Part shown: positions 1 through 14,200 of the stretch, one piece after another
Layout: each line of letters begins with the position of its first letter
How positions within the stretch are numbered: position 1 is the stretch's first letter
Origin: Podarcis gaigeae
Lineage: Eukaryota
DNA: 64,000 bases
Direction: 5' to 3' (one strand)
NCBI GenBank assembly: GCA_964106915.2
Contig: OZ066915.1
Program-made: the position numbers and the translations under genes
Notes under the pieces: model-generated
Told to the model about the DNA's origin: nothing
The model's input: only the letters and a program-made list of their open reading frames with translations
Database searches by the model: none

Positions 1-2290
1 TGCCTGCTAATTACTGTACGGTATTAGACTCTGATGACTAGTTTGACGCCCCCTAATGGTGGAAAGTACCCTCACAGCACAGGATCCTTACTGTTACCGT
101 TTTGTACTTGCTACAAAGTCATGGATTTTTTAAATCTCGCATTTAGGATGCAATCCTAATCCTACCTACCAACCTGGGGGCAAACCCCTATAGAACTCAG
201 TGATTTTCTTGAGTAGAAATGGTTAAGATTGCAGAAAGACATTCCAATTTTTGGTGACTTGTGTACTCCAATTTTATATAACACATTTAGTAATAAATGG
301 ATGCCAGCAAAAATATATTTATGCCAGGAGTCAAGTATACTTAGAATGGGTCGAATTTTCTTTTGATAGAGGATATGTCACAAAACTAGTTTGTGTCTTG
401 TGTCTGTAACAAACTGTTTTCTCATGATGATTTATAGCTGTAATTGTGAACAGGGATATTTATTAACATCACACTGATCTCAGTACTGTATGTAATAAAA
501 TATCTGCTGTATTGATTTGTACAATGAAGGCTTATCAATACCTGAGAGCAAATATTTACGGTATCTTGTTGCATACTAGAAGATAAACCTCTACCAGGCC
601 ATTGGCTATCAGCCCATGTGACATGTCTGAGCCATGACTGATTATTTTTATCTACCCAAGAAGGAAATAAAATGTTTTAAATGTATAATGAGAATGGTTT
701 GAGTGCACAATCAATACATTCAGTTTCATGTGCTTTCAGGCTGGAGAATGTGGATTGAAGTGTTTTTTTCTTTTCTTTTCACTGTTTTCAACTAAAGAAT
801 GTGTAATTGTATGCAGCACAATATTTACTTGTGAGTTTGTACTGAGCTAGTTTTCTGCTTTAGGCTGCAATCCTATATTTATTTACCCCCAAGTGAAGTC
901 CTTCTGAACTCAAACTAGGTTTACATCTGAATAGATTTGTATAGGACTGTAATGTAAATGGCAGAACCTTAAAACTACAATCTATGCTTAAAACATGCAA
1001 GGTTCTACAACTCTTCTTAAAAGGCTTTACTGTACATGTAATTGACATTGAGAAGTAGACTTGTCTTCAGGGATACAGTAGTAACACTCTTGAGCAAAGA
1101 ACAGTTTTATATTATTACATATTTTTTGTTTCTTGTAGCTCAAATGCAGGACAAGAGTTTAACTCTAGCAGGAGGCAATCTAGAAAAAACAAACATTTTA
1201 AATTCCAAATCTTGAAGTTGTCTTCCATGTATATTCCATGTTTCATATGTCTTCCCATTGACTTCTCCTCCTCCCCCCCATAGAGGATGTCTGTCACATT
1301 TTAAATATATATGCTTCTTTGTGTATGCAAGGGAATCCGTTCAAATTTGGGTGGAAAGAATTTGCTTACCACATTCTGGAGTGGGGGGTATTTATGGAAA
1401 TAGCTTACATTGTAGAGATGCCCTTAATTTAAGTAATCTGTATAAGATGAATAGGTGCGTAGGTTAGGGAAATAAATTTAATGAAAAACTGTTTTCTGTC
1501 AGTTTGACAGCAAAGTGAGCTGTCAGTCAGAAAAACTAGACTGCTGCCTGACTTTCTTATATGAAGTGGCTAGGGGAGAAATGTATAGATTTTCCAAGGC
1601 ACACTGTGTGTCTCCAACACAATCATAAAGCTTCAGGAAGAATAAGATCTCTTCAGTATGGTGTGCTTCTGAGAGCACCTAGTCAGACAAGCCCCATCTC
1701 TTTTCCTAGCAGCTCACTTATGAGATTTATCAGAACCAGATTTATCAAACCTAATTAAAATATCAGGTTTCATTTTGCGCTTTGCGATAAGGTGATTGCT
1801 GGTAATTATTTTTACACATTTAAACATTAATGCAATAAACATTTTCTTATTTCTAAGATCATTACAAAGTATGGAGTTTGGCCGGAGAAAAAATTGCTTG
1901 TAGGTTAATTCTATCTATGCATGCCTGTTCAGAAATAAGATTCATCTATTGTGTTCAACAGATAAAAGTGTCTAAGAGAAAAATCTTAGTTTTGCAGGCC
2001 AGAATACAAATTGAATCATTATATGCCAGCAACACTACCTAATTTGGTTCTGGTGTTACTTTAATCAACTCTTCTCTAGGAACCACCAGGAAAAGTAAAA
2101 TCAAGTAAGAAGGTTCTGAAATCTACTTCAATATCCCTTTACAAACCGAAGTGGACATGGGAAATGTTTTTTTGCAAGAAGGGGGTCCAAATATAAAGAT
2201 TTCCAACGATGATTCACTTTGTTTAAGCTGAAAACATATATGTCTCTGTATTTGTATTGATAAACCAATAAAACAGTAAAAAAAACCACT
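1..2290 (+). other. Probable 3' end (possible last codons plus 3' UTR) of a convergent plus-strand gene
   Basis: T/G-rich on the plus strand, opposite to the skew after ~2400. AATAAA at ~494, ~666, ~1834 and ~2267. Frame 3 at the window edge reads PANYCTVLDSDD* (TAG at 39-41). Confidence 0.4.
45..59 (-). promoter_or_regulatory. CTCF-like motif
   Basis: Minus strand CCATTAGGGGGCGTC versus consensus CCACYAGRKGGCRS. Confidence 0.4.
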
Positions 2291-2719
2291 ATTGGTATAT
2301 TGCCTCCACTGACAGAGCCTATATGCTGTTGAACACATGAGAGTTACTACTGGACTCAGTTCCTGTTCATTTCTTAACTGAGGCACTGGATTGGCCATGT
2401 GGACAACAGAATATTAGACAAGAAAAGCTTTTGGTCTACCCAGCAGCATTTTTACCAGCAGATTTTTCTAGGGAAAACTGTTTGCAAAAGTTCTTTCCTC
2501 AGAGGGTCACAGGCAAATAAGCCCAGCACTAAGAGCATATGATAATGTTTCTTGAACCATAATTGTAAGACACTTGGAAATTCACCTTTGTGCCTATGAA
2601 CCCTCAAGTGCTTGTTTATGTAATAGTAATGTAATCCAGTTTCCCCTCAATGACACATGTAACATGGAATTCTGAGCACTCAAGCAATACTCAGCTTATT
2701 GACACAAAAGTAGACCAGC

Positions 2720-5700
2720 AGCAATTTAAGTATTTTTTAAAATTTACTTACAATCACTTTAAACGGTCATGAAGTACCACAAAATTATGTACATTCATTT
2801 ACAGAAAAAAACAAGCAAAATAATCCATTTAAAATATTTTAACCCTTTAACTGATACATCTATCCAGTAAAGGAGGATCTTCAATAGGCATATTTTATGT
2901 GCATATTTCTCCATTTTTGAATTTCACCCTCAGTTCACACATATAATTTATATATATTAAATCAAAGAAAAATACAGCAAGCAGGAGGAACAACACAATA
3001 TACATCTTTAATTATTTTTTTTTTTAAAAAAAGAAAGAACAAAGCAGGGAAAGTGCATGTTCAATGATTTATTACAACAAAACAGATCTACATATATGCT
3101 GGCAGTACCTGCCCTAGAAGGCTCTTTCAAGAGATTTCTGATTGTCTATAAACACTAACAGAACTGGTTCAGAGGTCAATGGAAAAATCTGTGTGCAGTC
3201 CTGTATGAGAGTGGACTGGGTGATTAGGTAACAACAGCAGAAGCTGACAAACATGAAGCCTCTGTGATATACAGATAGTACTTAAGGTTTCTTAGGAGTT
3301 GCAGTTAAAGGAGTAAGTACTTCACAGATTTATTTTTTTTAAATCACTTCAATTCATTATGTGAAGTTCCAAAGTTCTGGTAAATCCAGTTTCCACACTC
3401 CTGAAGTTTAAGACAACAAGTCAGTGGAACATTGCATTTCATTCTAGAGTCTGGAGGAAGTAATGTGCTGCATTCCATGGTTCAATCTTGATTTTATTCT
3501 TTTAAGTAATTTAATCTGGTCAGCAGCAGTGCAATAATTAGGTCTAACTTCTAACAAGCAAGTAACTAATATAAATAACTGCTGTACTTCTAGTGTCTCC
3601 AATTTTGATCCTTTTCAAAAAGGAATTCACACTAGCAAGGTTCACTACAGATCTCATCAGCTACTAATCCAGCCTGCAGTGGGTAGCGCGGGGCAGAAGG
3701 AGATTTCCTTTCTTTCTGCAGAAAAAAATGGGCAGACACACCTATAATGGTAGCATCTGCTTGGAGCATCTTTTTTTCTATTATTCTATTACTTCCCCTT
3801 TCCGCACATCATACCCCAATTCTGCAGCATTCCTAGTACATTTTCAATGGGGCTCCTCTGGAGAGAAATGGGGTGGGGAAAAGTTACTCCCACCTACCCG
3901 TTTTTGGGTTTGGATTTATGGTTTATATAATGGATTATATAATGAGCTTTTAAAATTGCATGCTCAAACCCCATTCTAGCCTCATGGTTAAAAGGCTACC
4001 TTTGACAACAAAGTCCATATATGAATGATTTAGGGAAAGTTAATACCAGCGTGAGTTCTCAGCACACAGTCAAATTTACACTCATGAGGTTTTCAGGCAA
4101 GTCCCTTTGTGCTTAAGCAAATCTCGGTATTTCAGATACTACTTTCACAGTAGACAAAATCTTAGACAAAACTGAAAATCGCAACAAAAGCCTTATTTAA
4201 AACATTGTTTTACTTTGGGCAACACTCTGGTATGAATTCATAAAGCTTCACAATGTGTGCAGAAAGAAAGCGGCTGATGTAAAGATGTGCACTGCCTAGG
4301 TAATCTGGCATGCAAAATTCTCCAACAAGACAAACTTTTGAGCTGATTAGGCTTTGGCTAGTAATACGTAAAAAGTATCTGCAAATCAGACAAAAAGTGT
4401 GTGCTCATTTCACTAAAGGGTAGAGTCATCCAATGAGAATGGAGGAGGGGGGAGAGAAGGGTCTCTGGCAGCAGCACTGCCAGATGCCAAGCCCTGCTGG
4501 TCTCACTAGAATCAGATACTCCAGGATCATACTGCATCCAAGGGGTGTGTTGGGAGAACAGGAGAACCTTGGATCCTGATCCATCCTGTTTCCCCCTGAT
4601 GCTGAAGCACCAATGGTAGAGGGGCAAAGATGACAGTCCTACCTGTGGCAGCTGGTAGAGAGGTTACAAATGCTGACTTCCTTCTTAGCCTGTAGATAGG
4701 GAGGACTGCAAAATCCTTTGCTCCTGGTATTGTACCCTAATTGACACACTGCTAGAGATTTAGTATTCAACTTATTCTACCTTACTGTAAAGCATTCGTG
4801 GCTAACCTCTGGGTCCAGGTGTCTCACTAGCTCCATCAAAGCAATTTTATGGCAGAAAAAAGGGAAACATTTATAAATTAGACACATTGATGGAATGGCT
4901 GTAGAGGTTTGTGAGTTTGCCCTTTGTGCTTGCATGCAGATTTGTGCAAGACAGCATGGAGTGGCCACACCCAGCATGGGCATGCTAGCTAGATCAAGGG
5001 TAGCTAAAAACCCACCTCTGGTTAGTCCTTTCAGAGGTGGGTTTGTGAAAGGACTAACAAGGTTTCCATTATCTTAACAGGATTGGCAGTTGCATGGCAG
5101 GTACATAAATTTTAAAGCACTGTCAATCCCCACCCCAACCCCTGTCTCTTTCAGAGTCTGGAATAAGCCCTTCATGGCACAGGCTTCCCACCTCCTTTCA
5201 AGTTTCTAGCATTATAGAAGTGGTAGCTATGCCAAGTAAAATTAGACCAGAACTATCTCAACTATCTCATGTTTTATTAGATAGCTGTGCCAGTTAACAG
5301 GATGCAACATAGAACCTTTGAGTGTAAACCAAAATTATGTACTGAATTTCTTTTGACAATAGCTTTATAAGCTGCTGTTTCCCACCCCCAAAAGCCAATC
5401 AAGTGGAAAACATATGTTGTGTAATAAAAGTACCTATAAATTTATTTTCATGTGGTCATTGTATAGCAACTAGTCCCCAGAGATCTAACAATTATGTTTA
5501 TCTTTTCTCACTCTCTGCTTTGGACACATGTACTTTATCCTAGTAAGAATGTCATTAGCATAGTTAAAATGCACAATGTTATCTAACTTTTCAGACTCTC
5601 TCCCACTCTACTACAGTAGCACAAGAACCTTTTGAAGTTTTAACAGCATTAAGTCAGATAAGCTTCCAATTGAACTGATTTGGGCAGTAAATGGAAAGAA

Positions 5701-8065
5701 ATGAAGGGTTTGTAGATGAGGTTAAATTTCCCTGAAGTTGGAAAATATTCCAGGGCTACTTAGGGGATGAATGCTTTGCAGACGGCTTCAAATTCAGCCC
5801 ACAAGATACGCTGGAATTGCCTCAAGAAATGAAGTGTACAACTACTCATCTGTTGCATAGAAATGACTTAAAAGTAACAAACAATGGAAAGCATCTCTCT
5901 TTCTGACAGCCCCTAAATGGATCCCACTGGGATCAAACTCCTAAAGTAGGGCAGAAATATTAGCTTATAAATATATCACAGATAGCCAGCACCTACTCCA
6001 TTGGCTTCAGAAACGTAAGTTGGCTTATTTACAGCAATGCATGGAGTATGAAAGTTTTACTTTAAAAACTCTGAAAGTCTCAAGACATACAAGTTTTGTA
6101 CATATGCCATTCTTATGATTTTTGATTCCCCTCCCAGAAGGTACCCAATAGTTACCTTTTTAATAAAGCAAAAGATGCACTGAAGCTGGATAATGAAAAA
6201 ACCTGGATCCACCCCACCCGCCCAATGCCAGAGAGGCATTCAAACCAACACATACAAGTGCATTTCTCATAAATAAATGGACCAGTTGAATAGCACTCAA
6301 TTCAATATATAAATGTAATTGCAAACTTGGTCCATATGCTCATTTACACAGCATTTAATGTACTAAACCTACTTTGGTTGAAACCTGAAGTATGAAAGCT
6401 CTGAGTAATCATTCACTGCATCCATACTCTTATCTAGGGTCTCATAAAGCTAGGAAGGTTATTCATTTCTTTTAAGACACCATACAACCCTCTTCCTAAA
6501 CAGCACTCATATATATCCTGGAACGTGACTCTGCAGGAAGACAATGTTTCAAACTGTGAAGATCAAAAAGATCCAGTGATGAGGATATACTTCAAATTTA
6601 ACAGACACATATAATGGGTGCAGAAGCCCATTTGGTGCATGGCTGGATCCCAACAAAGCTGGATTCACTCTGCAGAAATCAAAACCTGTAATTGTTCAGC
6701 AATGTGCACCAACAGTTAGTTGTTGCAGTTGTGGGAAGTTGCTGTATAGACAAGCATTAGCTAGCACATTATTAAGTTGACCATAGTTGAATTGCCTCTA
6801 CATAAACCCACAAAGTTATGTAGAGAACTATGGACCCCATCTCTTAAGGTGTACACACAGTACAGGCTGCATGAACTGTCCAACAAAAAGGACATCACAA
6901 ATCATTTCTGTTATATACTTAAGATAGAAGAGGGAAGACGACATTTCACCCATGCATTTACAAAACAACTACAATTTTCTGGAGAAACCCTTTAAACATT
7001 GGAGAATTGATAGGAGCTCAACATTTCTGTCCGTTCTTCCTCTACAGATGCAAGGTCAATTTCCAAAAACAAATGAGAATACGAGAAGACTTAATCCCAA
7101 TCTCATACCATGCAATATTCTAGTAAATATTTTCAAAAAGAGAAATGATACTAAAGTGTCAATATTTCTGTGCAGCTTTCAGTAAAAAATAAAAAATAAA
7201 AATTAGGTTGCAGCTTATCTGTAAAGCAGAGCCATATGTTAACATTCAAACCTCCCGTTCTACAATTCCCAAAACTTGTCCTCTCTGTGCCTTGACCAGC
7301 AGCATGGCAGGCAGAAATTCTGTTAGGCACAAACTTCACTCCCTCTCCATGACAAACAGCTCTAACTTTTTAAATCTGTGACTTTCAGATAACTTTTGGA
7401 GGCCTAGGACCTCTGTCAGGTGAAAAAATGCTGGCATTCCTATTTTGACTGCAGAAAAGCACATGTTGCATAGCCATATATGACCTTCCCCGAAAAATGT
7501 AATTCCCTCATAGCTTTTTTCCCCCAGGTTGTAGAGGTAGAAAGCAAGTTCCAAAATAAAAATCACAAACAAAAAACATCTGGCTGCACTTCAGTTTTCA
7601 AGCTTTTGGCCACACCACTTATCTTGGCAATCAGTGATATTAATGTTTAAAAAATTATGTTTAAGACAAAGGAAATAAAGTAGTTCTGCAAATGGCAAGG
7701 AGATTTCCATCAATCGGCATTCCCTTCAATGTGCTGCCAAGTCTGTCCATTTCAGACCAGAACTACAGGAAATTTTTCTCCCCTTAGAGGAGAGATTACA
7801 ACCACCTTTATTCATCAAAAAAGTCCTGATGTACAGAAGAAGCGACTACTACATTCTTAAGCCAATAGACAGCTGTGAAAATAGCTGGGATTGCATTAAT
7901 GTTTTGCTCCAAGTATTTTTTCCCCTCCCCTCAAAGTGCAAGACTGCAAACGCCAGTTTATAAACAGTTTCCGTCTGACCTTCCTTGCCTCACCCTGTTG
8001 AAGGAAGAGTAGGATGCTGCAGTTGTGCTTTAAAAATTCATTTTCCAACTTATCACCCCCTCCCT
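2720..8065 (-). other. SFMBT1: Probable long (~5 kb) SFMBT1 3' UTR; distal end uncertain
   Basis: TE-poor and U-rich on the minus strand. Candidate poly(A) signals: AATAAA (plus tttatt 3068-3073) and AGTAAA (2743-2748). Pumilio-type TGTAHATA at 2786-2793 and 6026-6033. Confidence 0.5.
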
Positions 8066-8206
8066 TTAGTTAGCAAACTGTTGGTAGAAGGCAAATTTAA
8101 CCCTTTCAATGTGATGGCAAAGTTTAATGGCTGGGCCAAGTTTCAAGTCCATACACTCCTGAACAGTGGGAAGAGTTAGCAGGAGAAGCGCTTGTCCATC
8201 TATTTC
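8066..8206 (-). CDS. SFMBT1: SFMBT1 exon 21 coding part (141 nt; [46 protein letters not shown])
   Basis: ctcaacag| acceptor; second half of SAM domain; TAA stop at 8068-8066. Confidence 0.97.
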   Translation of the reverse strand, partial: EIDGQALLLLTLPTVQECMDLKLGPAIKLCHHIERVKFAFYQQFAN

Positions 8207-11200
8207 CTGTTGAGAGACAGAGAGAGAACAGGGTTCAGAACTGATGAAAAAAATGCCATTAAGATGCATTCAATGGTCTGATTGAAAGCTAACAAATCAA
8301 ATGGGAATACATCCCTCGACAACTATTTGCAATGCTAGAAAGTTATTGAGACAAAGACTAGAGATTTCATGTGCTCAGTTAACAATTGCCAACAGTAAAA
8401 CAATAGAATACCTGATCCAGAAATATTCTAGCTAATGGGGCACAGTCTGTAGATTTGAGGAACCGCACAACATCAGCTACACTCCACTCCAGAGGGTTGC
8501 TGTCCAGCTGCAGCTTCTCTCCAACGTCTATCTTTATTTCCTATCCCACAAGTCCCAAAACAAAGCAAAAATATTACATTTGCCCTGCTCAAGCATATTT
8601 ACTCTTTTTGTATATTCCCACCAATTCCACCCGAGTTATCTCCTGAAAAGAGCCACAGATCATGACATTTTGGATTCTCGGTGTTAGGGATTTTGTGTGT
8701 GTGCTGATCAAATTTAATCCATAAGGTGTGAACCATGTACTCATGAACAGAATCCACAAACCATCCCCTCTCTCTGCCCCACCCCCAAGTTGTATATTCT
8801 TGAGACTGTAGCAAAAAAATGTCGACAGGGCAGCACTTGGAGGGGAAACCCCCAAATCCCAGCAACTAGATGAGATCTAGTGGATCTAATGGCGCTTCTA
8901 ACAAGAACAGGTGGAATGTGTATACAGTCATACCTCAGAAGTCGAACGCCTTGTGACTCGAATGTTTTGGCTCCCGAATGCCGCAAACCTGGAAGTATAT
9001 GTTCCGGTTTGCAAATGATCTTTGGAACCCGAACATCTGATGCGGCTTCCGATTTGCTGCAGGAGTGCCTTGGTTTCCAAACATTTTGGAAGTCAAATGG
9101 AGTTCCAGAAGAGATTCCATTCAACTTCCAAGGTACGACTGTATATTTTTATATAATGGTGATGATGATGATAATAATAATTTATTACCCCACCCATCTG
9201 GCTGGATTTCCTCACCCTAATCACTGCAGTGTTGCTGTTGTGGTGAGTTAGGTATGCAACATGTTGCAATAAGTGCAAATTATATGCAAGTTTATATGTT
9301 GAATTATACAATAGGTTAAATTGTGTATATGCATTTAACACAACTGATTGTTGCTATTTCAGTAGAGAGTTCATGCTCTGGATGCATGATATACCAGGAA
9401 GGAGGTTTTGAGTCTTCCCTAGTGTCCTGGGAGGGAAATTTCTACTGAGAGGGGGTAAACCTGCCATCCCTGCACTCTCCCAATCTATATTCTGGAACTG
9501 TTATTTAAATAACAAGTATCAGAAATGTATATAATTAGAATGCAGGGAAATGGATTATTTTGCTTCTAAAGAAAACCTCAAAACTACTCTTAATAATCTT
9601 TCCTTAACAGGGTCTGTTTCTTCTTTGCTAGGTCACAAGTCAGTACAAATATTTCCTCACCTGCTTATTGGAGCAATTATTTTGCCCCTTTTGATTTTAG
9701 TACTAGGTAGACCTGACAAATATGAGCATTTATTTCCATTTAATAACAAACGGGGGGGGGGGGGGAGGCCTCAGCCTTCAAGGCTCATCATTAGATGGCT
9801 TAATGACCTTGGGTTGCATCCAGCTAAACCATTGTGCACATGGAAAGACTACTGTGAGCCCAACCTTCCCTTCCTCTCCTCCCCCTGTGCACACCCCATA
9901 TCTGCTCTGGGGATTCCCAGAGATTTAGTTAGAGACAACCCCGATGAACAAAATCTCTCTTTCTGAACGCTAGATGCTCGCTGCTAAGGTATTCTTTTTT
10001 TAAAAAAATTCCAAGACCTACCTTTGGTGAAGGAGGCTTATTTTCATCATCTGAGAAAGAAAAGGCGCGTAGTTTCCTTTTCCGTTTGTCCCGGTCCTGA
10101 GCTCCAAAATGGGATCGCTCGCTCTGTGTGGGGGAGGATGACCGTGATTTCTTTTCTGACACTTCAGACTCTTCAAGCAGTTCCTCCTGGTGCTCAGAGG
10201 TGCTGTCTTCCGTAAGGGACTCTTCATCTATGTCATCCTGATCATCATCCTCTTCACCCCCACTGCCCTGAAATGGTATGGAAAGGAGACGGGGAGACTC
10301 AGAGGTAGACAGTGAAGACTGTGTGTAGCAAAATACCAAAACACCCATTTATCTAATATCTATGGAACACAGAGTGCATTAAATAAATTGTATGCGTTAT
10401 CATACCTGGGGTGAGCCAGCAGGTGTGTTATCTACAGAGGTAGAAGAGCGTTTCTTCTTATGAACAAAGAAGTTTTTCCGTTTCTTTCTTTTCCTGCTTG
10501 CCTTCTTCATGCTTGTCTCTGTGTTGCTGTGGATACCTGGTGGACGGCCAATCCTTTTGTTTCTTCGCTTCCCATAATAATGGGCTATGAGAAATTAATA
10601 GAAAAGGGATTCTGACTGTGAAATGTCAGGATGATTCATCTTTTGCTAGCCCTACATGTATCAAGAGTGCCTCTAAAATCTCCTTTTATCACCATGTTTT
10701 ATTATGATATTTATGCACCACCAACAGGGGATAAATGATGTCCATCTATATGACCTATTGTTGCTGTTTGATACCTATGTGTATGTGCCTTAGAAGAAAG
10801 ATGACATATTCTGCGGTACATAAATTAAACATGTACTGGCTACTGGAATCTAGTAACCCAACAAACAGCACAGTGATTCAAAGGGTTGGAGTGGCAACAA
10901 TTTTGCACATCAAACTGCTCTACAACCATCATGTTAAGTGGTGACCAACCTGCAAATGAATCCCGCCTGACACACACACAAAAATATATCAGCATTGCTT
11001 CCCATGGGGCAATCAACAGCTTCCCAGAGGGTAGTTTAGATTTAATTTCAAATCCCATATGGCTCCTCCAAATGAAGATAGAAAGGTCAGGAAAGGTGAT
11101 GTATCACTCACATAATAGGTAGGTTTGTCCTGAGATCAATAGGAACCCCAGTACAATCACAGGTTGGGTTTACTAATACAGCACGAGTTTTCTGCACTGC

Positions 11201-14200
11201 TAAACTAACTGTAGAAGGACTCAATGGACACTTTTCGACCAAGGGCAAGATTAAATGTTGATGATATGGTCACAGTACAGTGGTGCTTTGAGCATATATA
11301 AACTAAGATAAGAATGATCAGCAGCTTTAAGGAAACTGCATTTACTTGAAGTTGTGCTTTGCAGCCACTGACCTACACTGTAGAATAGCGCAGTAGTGAA
11401 TCAGAAAATTCCCTTGTAGGGCCAACCACCGCAATTACTCACTGTATTTGGTTTTTGTCAGAACAGAGCAGTTCTCTGAACACTTGTCTAGCACCATTTG
11501 GGGGCCAAAGAGATTTGGACAACATTCAAGTTTGATACAGGTCTGCCTGCAGAACTCTGCGACTCGATCAGCTGTTCTTACAACTTCCACTGTGGCACGG
11601 TAGCTCTTTCCTTTATACCTGAAGCAAGGAGGAAAACAACAACAACATGTGATTTGATCATCATTTTTACAAAGACAATATTCTGGATGCCATGGAATTT
11701 CTTATGTTTACAGAAAACATTTTAGGGTTAGGAAATGTTGTGCATCACCATTCTCAAACCAAGACACACTCCTACTGTACTGGTTATGGTGCCTGGACCA
11801 AATGCTGCTATAGGAGCATCTCAAACACCAAAGGGTCCTAGAACATGGCTGCAGGCATTCCACCAGGGAGAAAAGACGAACTTCCTCCTTTACAGAGCAG
11901 TGGTCACATTCATTGGAGTCATGAGAGCCAGGTAAGGGTGTTTGGGAACGCAGGGCAGCATTTGCAGGCAAGCTCAGGGGGTTAGCATTACAAAGGCCGA
12001 GAAATCCTTCCTTGGCAATGTCTAATTTGGCCTAAGAGCAAAGGACCAACACACACTACAGAACAGAGTCCATTTACTTTGCTTTCAGGGTCTCTCCATA
12101 TCCATGCCATGCAGCTTCTTCATCCAGCTGTATTTCTCTAAGGACACGGCTAGGTTTATAGGCAGCATTGATCAGCAAAGAAAGAACCTGAAAATGGAAA
12201 TGAGGAGAGAGTGTTATGAAAGCAGTAGGCAAGTAAATTTCTTTTAACATGTTAATATGACTTAGTAGATTAGTTCTATTCATCTGAGTTAGCAACTTGA
12301 GAGACTGAGCATTAAACTAAAATGTATCAGCATAATATGTTTAGAAAGGACAGTACCTGTGAACCAAAAACAGACAACAAGTAAGGATTTATCTAACTGC
12401 CTAGGATTCCCAATTCAATGTTCAGTATAGCCTAACTGTCTTTCCACATTTCCCTCAATGTCGTTCAGGGTAAAGTACTGTTATCTAGCAAATGTTGCTA
12501 CCTTATTTTATAAAGGTATGCCAAAAATTTGGAGAATACTCCCCCCCCCCCCCCGATTTCATTTCTGAGATTATTCATTTTCTCCCTCCAGCTCCCAGTC
12601 AAGAGAGTGGATTCTTAAGGAAGGATAGATGGAGAATGACAGAAGAGACACCACTAACATACCAATCAAAGGGAGCTTGGAATAAGGTTTCACAGCATTC
12701 CATTCAGGAGGGAATATTTACTACTGGAAGGAGGTAAAGAGGAGTGCTAGGAAGGTTTATCACAATGGCTAAACAAAGTGGAACAATGAGCTAAAAAGCA
12801 GGCACTGGAGGAAACAAAAATGCCAGTATCAGGTTTAACATGTTTACGGGGTGGTCTCATTTGAAATAAATACCCAAGGATACATTAAAAATGAGCCAGA
12901 TTTTGATCAAATACAAGAAGTTTGATAACGCGTTTTGAGCCAACTTGCTTTCAAAGTAAATATTTATCCTTGCATTCAAATATCTGGAAAAATTATTGAG
13001 TGATAATTGCTCCATTCAATTTTTTCCGGGAAGTAAGACAGCCATGTAAGAAACATGCATCAATTTAATGAGCAAATAACCCAGAATAGTGAACCACCCT
13101 TATTAAAAAAAAACTCATACAAAAAGTATTTTGCACTGTTAGACCATGCACTGTTCGTATCTGACAAAGCTGCTGCTATGAAGAATAACCCATGGCGTTT
13201 AACATGCAGCAGAGACCCCCAGAGGCAACTCCTATAATCTAGAATGTTCTCAAAGTACTATAGATTTGTCACAACAGATCAAATGACTGACTCATCAACT
13301 TTAATATTCTGTCGTGGACAGTTTCTACTGCTGCTTAGTGACAGGTGTATATTCTCTTCTCCATAATGCCACTTAGGCATTTCTGTAATACAACAAAAAA
13401 TACAGAGCTCTACAGATATCTAATTTGCCCTAAAGCCTTTTCATTTGTCACTGGATGTCCATTCTTGCCTTTCCACTTCAAAAATGCACTCAAGGCAGGG
13501 AACATAATACATTAAAAACAAATAGCTAAAAAAAAGTAAAACACAATGAATTAGACCGGGGTAGTCAACCTTTTTATACCTACCGCCCACTAATGCATCT
13601 TTCTTGATGGTCAAATTTCCTTACCGTCCACCAGTGCTCGATGGAAGGAGGATTCAGCTTGTGCCGTAGAACCCCCTACCACCCACCTAGAATCCTAAAA
13701 CGCCCACTAGTAAGTGGTAGGGACCAGGCTGACAACCCCTGAATTAGACTGTGAAGAACCATGAGTAAAAAACAAACTCTACACCCTACAAGAATGGCTT
13801 ATATTTCTGTTGTTCTATCTGGTACTGCCTTACAATCGGAAGAAGTTAGTATGTATATGTCCTTTTGCAGAGGTTTATACCATTATGAGTTTCACCTGTC
13901 TTGCTAATGTGAATGGGCCCCTTATAAAAGAACTATAGCGTTCTTTGATAGCTGAAAAATCAGAGTAACGCCCTCCAGCTAGCTGGAAGGGGCAGAAACT
14001 TGTTTGCAGCCAGTTTTTTATGGTGAGTATGGACTTCTCCTTGCAGAACTGGACTCTTGATTCACCAGAATATACCGCCATGTCCCATGGGTTCCAGATT
14101 ACCCTAGACAAAACTGTGCTTTCCAAACTTACCAGGAAGCCTCTGGCATACCATGCAACAACACAAGCTGATCACACCACCATCCCTATGACACAGAAGA

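Noticed and set aside
860-8065. Numerous 60-90 aa ORFs in the UTR-like region
   Set aside because: No recognisable domains or splice context; lengths are consistent with chance.
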